A stretch of DNA of 64,000 bases. Source: Phyllosticta citribraziliensis. Its lineage: Eukaryota. The position numbers and the translations under genes were made by a program. The stretch lies in the NCBI RefSeq assembly GCF_038025025.1, contig NW_027117338.1, positions 248,001 through 312,000 on the forward strand, in the 5' to 3' direction. The notes below the pieces were generated by a model. The model was not told the DNA's origin. It did no database searches and saw only the letters and a program-made list of their open reading frames with translations. Positions 23,342 to 32,049 of the stretch are shown here, piece by piece. Each line of letters opens with the position of its first letter. Position 1 is the first letter of the stretch.

Positions 23342-24607
23342 GCTATGGCGTGACGAGAAAAGAAGCGAAAAAGGGGCTTGTTTCTGGCCGTGTCATGATT
23401 ATGGCGCTATGATTTGATCTGGAGGCTGCATGGCATTGCATGTGGCATACTACTCACACCCCTTTTGTGGTTCGTGGGGGAGAGAGAGGGGGAAGAACGC
23501 ATTCTTGTCGATATGATTGCTTGCTTGCTTGTTGTTTGGCGACCCTTGTGCTGGGTGCAAAAGACTTGCTTGCGACACTGTCCTTAGAAGCATTGCGCTT
23601 ACGCCACATTACGAATTGCATCACCATCACCATCATCACCCTTCGTCTTCCTGAAAAGTCGATCTGGTTTCTGCTTCTAAATTTGCGGCCTTGTCTTCTC
23701 CTCGCGTATCAGTATTTGACAGCTCTTATTTCTAATACTATACGCACTATACATGCGCTTCTACTCTGCGCATCATTCGCCGCCTAGCTTTCATCATCCG
23801 TAGGCCACCAGCTGTCCCGTTGCTTTTGCCTATGTAGCAACCATTTCTTCTCTCACTGGCAGCAGCAGCAGCAGCAGCGCCACCGCTGCCCATCCCGCGG
23901 CTGAGCGCGTAGGTGGCTGTAGCTAGCAGCGTAAGCATTTTGTCGATCAAGCACAAGCGCTGCGCGGGAGGGGCGTCCATAGCGGGTGGATGTAGAAAGA
24001 AAGGAAAGCTAGCACTGCGTATACGCTGGGAGCAGTCGTCCGCCAGCAGCACAGTCAGCGCTTAGGCAGCCAGGCTGTCGTCCATCAAAAAGAAACCAGC
24101 CAAGCGAGCAGCAGCACAGCCAGACTCGAACGCCGGCACGCGCACTTTCCTATTCGGGTAGCCGAGCGCCTGCGGCCGGTCACCGCACGCCGCGGTGCAG
24201 ACTAGTGGCAAAAGGCAAATGGCAAAAGGAAAGGTGAAAAAGGAAATGTACCAATTGGATAGGAACACCAATGTTGGTGCTCCTATCCAATATGGGGTTT
24301 GGTGTTGCGGAGGGGGGTTATATGGTGAGCTTTGGAGGTAGGAGGGAAGGAAGGAAGGAAGGAGTGGGGTAGGTGGTCTGCTGCTCTCTTCATCACTGTG
24401 CGTTTTGAGTTGGTTGGAGCTGCTGAGGCCCATGGTCTGTGGTGACAATAGAAGGGAGTCTGTAAATGGAACATCGTGACTTGTCCGCGGAAACTGTAAC
24501 GTGCGGAAACCGAGATTGGATGAGATGAAAGGCTGGATATTGCTGAAGGAGTCGCAGATACGGAGCATCCAGTTCCTGAAAGTAAGGAGGGTCGGATAGG
24601 ATCTAGA

Positions 24608-24633
24608 TTTTTTTTTTTAAAAAAAAAAAAAAA
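24608..24633. repeat. T11-A15 homopolymer junction (self-complementary)
   Basis: T at 24608-24618 is directly followed by A at 24619-24633. Confidence 0.9.
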
Positions 24634-25620
24634 TGGGCAGTGAGGTTTCGCACCCGCCCGACAATCGGCGGGGCCTGCCTTTGTAGTGATACATTCCGGG
24701 CATCAACGGTTGACGGAAACCAACGATGGTGGGCAGAACGAGAGCGGCAACCACACCCGCCGTTGGGAAACGGTGGTGTTTATAAGAGGAAGTCAAAAGA
24801 AGAATGGAGGAATATTAACTCGACAAACTCTCAACACGACGAATCCGTATTCGTATGCAGACGCGAAAGTGGTCGGTTGTGATGGTGTTGTAACTCGCCC
24901 TATCCCTGTGCGCATCCCATCCCGACTACAACACCTCCAGTCCGCTCCCGCCCCATCTCCCCACAAAACTGATCCACGTCTCGCAAGAATTTCCTATGCC
25001 AACCGCACCTTTCCTGCGCCGAATCGGACGACTCCACCGCCGCCGCTCCCGAGTCTCCGAGCGCAGAGTTCAGCCTCCCGCCGCCCGAGCAGCGGTGGCG
25101 CGATTGGCTCCCCGCGGTAAGACGACGTGCAACACCTGCACTCGAGTCAGAGAAGCGAACGCGACGTCCTGACAATGCGGAAGCAATCACGCGTCGCTCG
25201 AGAGCGGTAGCAACTATGGCCCGACTGCAAAGTGTAAGTGAGCCTCTGGCTGCGCGGTGTGTCATACGTTGCGAGGGCAGTTGGGCGCCATTGCAGCAGC
25301 GGTTAGGGCGGCGCGTCAGTCTTTTTTGGCTTTCATGGATGTGGATGTCTCTGCTTGTGGGTGCTCAGGGTTATCGCTTCCGGCTGGGCGATGGACGCGA
25401 TAACGCTTAATCGCGTTCGCACGACTGTCACTTCAAGCGCGTGGCGGCCATCCATGGGGTGATGCGGAGGCTTGGTCTTCCGCGCAGACCCAGAAGGAAA
25501 GACCCTGGTCAGAGTCATAGGTGAGTACGTAAATAAGGAGCAATCAGTCGAGCTGGAGGTCAATTTCGTACAACCTTCGCCGTACGCCTTTGAGAAACAC
25601 TCGGAATTTGCGTACCAATC

Positions 25621-26596
25621 ATGGCAGACATCTTCCACGCGATGCCTCCCGCCGCCAGCACTGTCGCCATCTGGTTCCACTACCGCCGCCTCGCCTCGAC
25701 GTGGTTCCCCAACTTCTTGCTCAACCAGGACTCGCTGGTGCCGACGCTCTGCGGCGTCTTGTGGATGGCTATCGGCGGTCACTTTGTCGGGAAGTCGCTG
25801 TTTGGGCGCAGACCCAGGATGGCGATGCGCTGCTCGGTCGACTCGGGCCCCAAGGTGCGGCCGTTGCCGGAGATGGTGCCAAAGGGCGTCCCTGGCGAGC
25901 TGTATCGCATTTTCAGACCGTATCTCGTTGTGGAAGGGGGATGCGCGCCGCTGCCGGTCGTGGATGAGGAGGGGAGTACGGGGTGAGACTACCAAGATCT
26001 TTCACGGAGGACGTCACCATCACTGGTACCTATTTATCTATTAGCGCAGGACTTGCTGACCATGTCATGGCAGATGCGGATTCGCGCCGCCAGACGAAGA
26101 GTCATCCGACTACTTCAGCGACAAGGAGGGACAGGTCTACGTGCGCTCCGGCTGGCACCGGCACCAGTTCGCCATCATGTACGCGTGGTACTTCCACAGC
26201 ATCAGCCACTGCCACGAATGGCAGGCCGCCGTCGTCTGGGTGCGCGGCCCCAACCACGACCGCCCGACCATCCGCGGCGTGGCCTTGACCAAGAGCGGCG
26301 AGTGGGTCAAGACGAGCACGCCGCACCTCGACGGCACACACGTCCTCGTCGAGCACTGCAATAATGACCCGCTGCGCGATGGTGACGGCGACCGCTTCCT
26401 CGAGTATCAGAGCAACCCGCTGCTGGGCCATGGACTCACCACCACTCCTGTTAGTGGCACATCCCATCCTATCGCTGCCTGGGAGTGTGTTCCGCAGGCG
26501 ACCAGGGATGCGCTGCAGAACATAGACTTTGGCCTCGCGCGGGTCCCTATCATAGACGGCATCTTTGAGAAGATGATTGAAGAAGCATTCTTTTGA
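25621..26596 (+). CDS. Divergent Nep1-like protein (NPP1 domain), about 294 aa; intron 25983-26073
   Basis: FRPYLVVEGGCAPLPVVDEEG, GQVYVRSG, AIMYAWYF, SHCHEWQAAVVW (degenerate GHRHDWE), HPIAAWE..PQATRDALQNIDFGLARVP. The branch point GCTGAC at 26055 supports the in-frame acceptor at 26073. Confidence 0.85.
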
Positions 26597-26755
26597 TTGT
26601 CTGGTATCAAAACTTCGTAATGACCCGCCTTCGACCGTCCTTCAAACCATCGCGTGCCAGGGGTATTATTCCGCCCCCAAAAACGAACCGCAAAATCCCT
26701 CCGACCCGCCGTCTAGAATCTTGCCGACCAACAAGTCGAACATCGTCGCTGCGTT

Positions 26756-28135
26756 TTAGCCAAGGGCGAACCAGTAGTGCTCCGGGATCGGGTTCATATA
26801 CTCTGACGTCTCGTCGTCGGCGTCGTAGTCCAGGTCGGCCATTCCGTCGTAGTATATCTGGAGTGAGTAGTACAGCTTCACGTCTTCTTCCGGCTCTCCA
26901 AAGAGGCGGCGCAGGTTGAACGAATCTTCGTCTTCCAGGTCCTTCGTCTTCTTCCGCGGGTCGTAGAGCAGGCCGAGGTAGTACGCCTCCTCGTCCTCCC
27001 ACGCGTCGTCCCTGACCTCCTTCCAGTCGGCCCTCGCCAAGGCGAACAGGCGTAGCAGGTGGCACGAGCGATCGCCAAACACGTCGCCGCTCTTGGTCCT
27101 CGGGCCGTACAGCAAGTCGAGGTAGAACGGCTCCTCCTCGTCTGTCTCGACGCTCGTCAGATCCGACACCGACTGCGAGCCCACGACGCCACGGCCGGGC
27201 ATGTTGCTCAGAGCCGGGCCCCAATTGCCATCGCTGTCCTCGTCGACGGGCTCCGGGACGGCGCTGAGGTCGTAGCCGGCGGCGCCGGCGCGGATGCAGC
27301 CCTCGACCCAGTCGGCAACGTAACCCATCCACTCGCAATAGCCGATCATCAGGTCCGACACGATGTAGCCGTCGGCGTGCGCGACCCAGTCGCCCGCGCT
27401 CGGCGGCGCCACGACGGCGCAGCGCGGCACCTCCGGGTACGCGCCGTGGTCGACGTAGTACTGCTTGTAATGGGATTCGAGGCCGCCGCCGCTGCGCCGC
27501 GCGCCGCGCCACGGGTACAGGTAGAAGCGGTAGACGCGGTTGGGTTCGCCGGGCGCCAGCTTCGGGACGTGCACGACGACGTCTTCGGACAGGCCGCCGC
27601 GCGCGTCGCGCAGGAGGGGCAGGTAGTGGACATGATTCTCCTCGCCGGGCTTCGTCTTCAGGTCCGGCAGCGGGGGGAGGTGGTACGGGTCGGGCTTTGG
27701 CGATGGATTGAAGTGCGGCCACTCGTCGCCACCCTCGAGGTCCTCGACGATGTACAACTCTGCGTTGTACGGGGTGTTGACGCGCGTGTGGATGGTCCAG
27801 ACCTGGCTGTGCCGGGGGATGAACTCGAACGGGTGGTAGAAGGCGCGCATGCGGTAGCTGTAGGGGTGGACGCTACGTTGGAACTCGTACTCGGGGAAGA
27901 AGTATATCATGTTCCGCGCTGAGGCGTCGGGGCCGATGGCAAAGAACGAGCGCACGCCGGCGTTGCTGGCAATCTGCAGTTGGACATGTTCTTCAATTTC
28001 CAGCTCCAGTCCGCCGATTAGAGCCGTGCTGGAATGGTCTGCAGGCTGGATAGCTGGAGAGCTGGGCGAAAGCGTCTCGGTGGACGTTGCGTCGCTGGTG
28101 TCGCTGGTGTCGGCTGAGGCGTCGGATGATGACAT
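26756..28135 (-). CDS. Hypothetical protein, 459 aa; paralogue of 28556-29860; acidic Tyr-rich repeated C-terminus
   Basis: Long intronless ORF with strong GC3 bias that shares four motif blocks with its neighbour. Confidence 0.75.
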   Translation of the reverse strand: MSSSDASADTSDTSDATSTETLSPSSPAIQPADHSSTALIGGLELEIEEHVQLQIASNAGVRSFFAIGPDASARNMIYFFPEYEFQRSVHPYSYRMRAFYHPFEFIPRHSQVWTIHTRVNTPYNAELYIVEDLEGGDEWPHFNPSPKPDPYHLPPLPDLKTKPGEENHVHYLPLLRDARGGLSEDVVVHVPKLAPGEPNRVYRFYLYPWRGARRSGGGLESHYKQYYVDHGAYPEVPRCAVVAPPSAGDWVAHADGYIVSDLMIGYCEWMGYVADWVEGCIRAGAAGYDLSAVPEPVDEDSDGNWGPALSNMPGRGVVGSQSVSDLTSVETDEEEPFYLDLLYGPRTKSGDVFGDRSCHLLRLFALARADWKEVRDDAWEDEEAYYLGLLYDPRKKTKDLEDEDSFNLRRLFGEPEEDVKLYYSLQIYYDGMADLDYDADDETSEYMNPIPEHYWFALG

Positions 28136-28555
28136 GATGGGCGCGTCGCGGAGGAGTGCTGGCGAGCAACGAGATGGAGAACGACGCTGGTTGAAGTTGA
28201 GAGGGATCGCAGAAGGTCAGGCAAAAGTTTCCAAGGAGTTAGAAGGGCGCATCTCTTCTCGGCGTTGTGGTGTCGTCAAGTGATGGGTTCGTGACGCACA
28301 CCGCTGGTTCCCACGCCGACGCGCGCACGACGACTCATACTCTTTCCCGACCCAAAACTCGAGACCGTGAACCAGCGCGAGAAGCGACAGCTATGCTGAG
28401 CTTTGCTGAAGGGCTTGCGCAACAGGAGATGCGCACGTAGGGAAAACGGGGTTCAGGGGTAAGCTGATCGAAGAGGCCAACCCATGGTGTTGACTTCTCC
28501 GCAAAACACCAAGACGCAAAGAGACAAGGCACCAGCCAGAAACACAAGCAGCAGC

Positions 28556-29860
28556 TCAAGACAACAAGCGATCCACGAAGAAAGCAAAAGGCTCAGCAGA
28601 CTCCAGGAAGCGCATCAAGGCTCCAGCAACGTGCATCAAGCCACCAGCAGCCAGAGCTCCCAGCACCACCGCCAACACACCCAAGCCCAACAGCACCACC
28701 GCCCGCGCAACCGCCGCACAAACCTCCAAAACGACTACGACGGCGCCGAAAACCGCGACGCCAAACGCCCACACTTCTTGCAGCGTGGCCCAGAAATCGG
28801 CCGCGGCCTCCGCGAGCGCGGGCACGACGTCGTCGACGATTTTGAACGAGCCGCGCGCGACGACGTCGATGGCCAGACTGCCCAGGGCGAGGAAGAGGAG
28901 GAGGTGGACGCCGCGGTTGCTCGCGACGGCGTCGATGGCGGCCCAGAATCTGCTCCGCTCGTCGTCCTTCTCGGCCATCAGCGGGAACGCGGGCTCCAGC
29001 CCCGCCGACACGGAGCGGTGCCAGGAGCCGCGAAGCGCGGCGTCGATATCTATGTCGGCCGGACGAAGCGGCAGCTGAAGCGGCAGCGCGTCTGGAGCGT
29101 TGCCTTTCGTGCCGTCGCTGCTTCTGCTGCGCTGCTCGTGCCACGACGTGACGCGCGCCCAGGTGCGACAGGCGTCGATAGTTGATCGGGGGAGGCGGAC
29201 GCCGCGCAGGTCGGCGAAGCCGTCGTATGCGGCAGGCGTTTTGTCTCCGAACGGGGCGAGCGGCGCGGTGGGCGCGACGACGGCGCCGCGGACGAGATAT
29301 TCGCCACGCAGCACGGCGCCAGTCGATAGGTGCGGGAACGCGCGCGCGACGCCGCTGTCTTCGTCCGCTGGGGCGCGCGGGTATTGGTAGATGCGGTAGA
29401 TGCGGTTCCATTCGTGCGGGGCCAGGCGCGGGACGACGACGTGGATCGTTTGGGAGGGAGCGTTCGCGGGCTGGTCTGCCTCGGTAGAAGTATTCGTCAG
29501 GCGGAAACGCAGGGAGCGCGCGGCCAGCAGGTCGTGAGGGTAGTCAAAGGATTGACGTATGTTCGCGGTGTTGCGGAGCAGCGGCCACAGAGCGGGCTCA
29601 ACGGCTTCGTGGATCAGCACGTCGATGGGGCCCTCTTGGGCGCGGATGTGAATGGTCCATATGGGGTGATTCCGGATTGGCTGTGGTAGTGTATCCGTTC
29701 TGTAGGTCGTATAGCGAGAGTTCGTGTAGTTGGACGACGAATATGGCACTTTGGGGAACAAAACGAAGTGGTGGCGTAGATGGCCATCGTGGCCGATGCT
29801 GAATGCTGGATCTGGGAGGGTCGTCAGATGGGAATTTGCGAAGCTTGCGAGTGAAGCCAT
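28556..29860 (-). CDS. Hypothetical membrane protein, 434 aa; paralogue of 26756-28135; hydrophobic C-terminus
   Basis: Long intronless ORF; shared WTIH and VVP(R/K)LAP.E.NR.YR.Y.YP motifs; predicted TM segments after about aa 325. Confidence 0.75.
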   Translation of the reverse strand: MASLASFANSHLTTLPDPAFSIGHDGHLRHHFVLFPKVPYSSSNYTNSRYTTYRTDTLPQPIRNHPIWTIHIRAQEGPIDVLIHEAVEPALWPLLRNTANIRQSFDYPHDLLAARSLRFRLTNTSTEADQPANAPSQTIHVVVPRLAPHEWNRIYRIYQYPRAPADEDSGVARAFPHLSTGAVLRGEYLVRGAVVAPTAPLAPFGDKTPAAYDGFADLRGVRLPRSTIDACRTWARVTSWHEQRSRSSDGTKGNAPDALPLQLPLRPADIDIDAALRGSWHRSVSAGLEPAFPLMAEKDDERSRFWAAIDAVASNRGVHLLLFLALGSLAIDVVARGSFKIVDDVVPALAEAAADFWATLQEVWAFGVAVFGAVVVVLEVCAAVARAVVLLGLGVLAVVLGALAAGGLMHVAGALMRFLESAEPFAFFVDRLLS

Positions 29861-30283
29861 GTTGGCTGGTCAGTGGCGCTGTGGAGTGTGATGAGACGAG
29901 GCCGCTGAAGCTTGGGAGACTTGACGACTCGACATCTCGGCTCTGGGTCTTGGACAAAGAGGGACGAAAGAAGCATCGCGAGGAACAAAGAGAAGTGACA
30001 AAGGATGGCTGGATTTAGCGACGAGCGGCAAGTTGGTGTTCTGAAGACGGAAATGGACGGGGTTCTTTGTTCGTGTTCAGACAAGGCGAACACGTCAACT
30101 CTGCCGACTCTGTTGGAGAATCAGCACAAACACGAGCGAAAGAAACACACAAGACCGTTTGTGAAATTGGAGTTGCTTTACTATTCAACAGGGTACAGCA
30201 TCTAGTAGCCCTCTACTCCAAGTATGAAAAACGATATGAAGGTTTGCGGATGACTTCGCAGCGTGTCGCAGCAAGACAACCGC

Positions 30284-31100
30284 TCACGACTTATCGAGGA
30301 CAAACCAAACCATGAAAATATGCCGTTCAGTTTCCCTATCAAACGTCAGCTTAACCGCAGGGGTAGGGGCTTACCTTTGCTTCCTCGGATTACAAAGAGG
30401 AAGAGCGACGCCGCGTTTTCCGTCGCTGTCTAATTCTTGATTCGGAAGCGCTAGGATGTCGTGCTGTTGTGGTATGCGTCAGCAGGAACAGAAAGAGGAA
30501 AGGAGAGAGGGGGGCGGGAGGTAATGGAGAGGGAGAGGGGGGTTCGATACAAACAAACACTTACCTGCTCCACTGCCCCATCCACGGGATACGACCACGC
30601 CGGTAGGATTATCGAATTAAGTGGTGGTCGACGATCGAAGCGTGTCAACCTACTCTCCGTCAGCTTTCTTTCAATTCAATCCGCTATCAAAGCAAACAGA
30701 CAAAGCGAGGGAGAGGAGGGGCGCGACTCGAGACTCACAATCCACTTGCCGACAGCTCTTTCGACGGCCTCCGACTAGTCTTCTTCGTGGAATGGAATTG
30801 AGTATCCTACACACGTTAGCATATCTCAGGGGCGGGGGCTTACCTTCTCTCTTTCTCTCATTTTCTGTCCTCGGTCCGGCGAATGCGACGTACCGTAGTC
30901 GACGTACAGGCGTTTACGCGTCGGTCGGTCGGCCAGGTCGTCGTCTCTACCTACGACACATTAGCCACAAGCACCGGGAGGGGGGCCTACCTTTTCCTTT
31001 TCCAGGGCGCAAGTGTCTACACTCAATCGAAGCGGGCGGCGTGGTGCAAGCTGTTGTGATGTTGTGAAGCAGCCAACGCGCAACCAGAGCGTACTTATAC
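30284..31100 (-). other. Cryptic five-intron transcription unit (lncRNA or 103-aa spliced ORF, 30861 to 30284)
   Basis: Minus-strand introns 30951-30990, 30807-30843, 30650-30738, 30464-30564 and 30336-30374, each with a GT donor, a GCTRAY branch point and a YAG acceptor; TATAAG at about 31094-31099. Confidence 0.6.
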
Positions 31101-31423
31101 AACCACCACCCACACATTGTTCAAGCGCATTGTCAACGCGACAAAGGAAAACCGCATTTTGTTCGCTATCCGCTACGGAAAGGAAAAAGGGAGAGGAAAA
31201 GCAACGCCATTGTTTTAGTCCGGAGCCGCACTCGCGTGCTTTCTTTGTCCAATTGCGCCGTGTCATGGACAAAGCCGGCTGTGGACTAGCTTGCTGGTGC
31301 TGGGATGATGGGTGAATGGGATGGGATGGATGGGCGACTTGATGCGCCCCGCTCGCTCAAATGCTCGCTCGGATGTAGTGCAATGCCACGCCACGCCACA
31401 AGATGCTGTGTGGGGTGGACCGG

Positions 31424-31464
31424 TCAAATCAAATCAAAATCAAATCAATCAATCAATCAATCAA
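31424..31464. repeat. (AAATC)/(AATC)n microsatellite
   Basis: tcaaatcaaatcaaaatcaaatcaatcaatcaatcaatcaa. Confidence 0.85.
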
Positions 31465-32049
31465 TGCAATGCCTTGTGAGTAGGAGTAAACCGCTGAAAA
31501 ACGCCATTGTGGAAGCGCCAGGTCGTCGGCCGGCCTGAGGTCGGCCGTTCACACGTCGTGAGAATGTCGCTCCGGGAAAACGAACGAACGCCAGTCGATG
31601 ATGAATAAAGAAAAGTCCGGTGGGCATTGGTCCAGTCCAGTCCAGTCCAGTCCGGTGATGCTGGATGTCGAGTTTCCAAGGAAAGTGAATCGCCATGTTT
31701 TGTGGGCCCAAGGTGTCTGTCCAAGACGAGTGGAGTCGCAAGTCGACACTCTGCTTGGGCGAAAGGAAGAAAAGAGAGTCGGAACGCAGAGACTAAAGGA
31801 AAATGCAAAGGAAAGGCAAGCGTGAAGACTCCTTGTTGGAAAGAGTCGCCGGCACACTTGCTGAGCAATGAGACTTTGAGACGAAATCGCGGGGATCCCG
31901 TTGGAGTTTTGGGTGCGCTAGATGGCCGTCCGTGTTGATCAGAACTTGTGCGGGTAGACGAAGCGAGGACGGGGCGGCGCGGGAGGGTCGGGGCTGGTGT
32001 ACCTGGTATTGTCAATCGCAATCATAGTAGTGGCAGAGGCTTATTCAAC

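Noticed and set aside
30557..30570. ACTTACCTG resembling the U1 snRNA 5' end
   Set aside because: No U1 stem-loops or Sm site recognised; better explained as a minus-strand CAG|GTAAGT donor.
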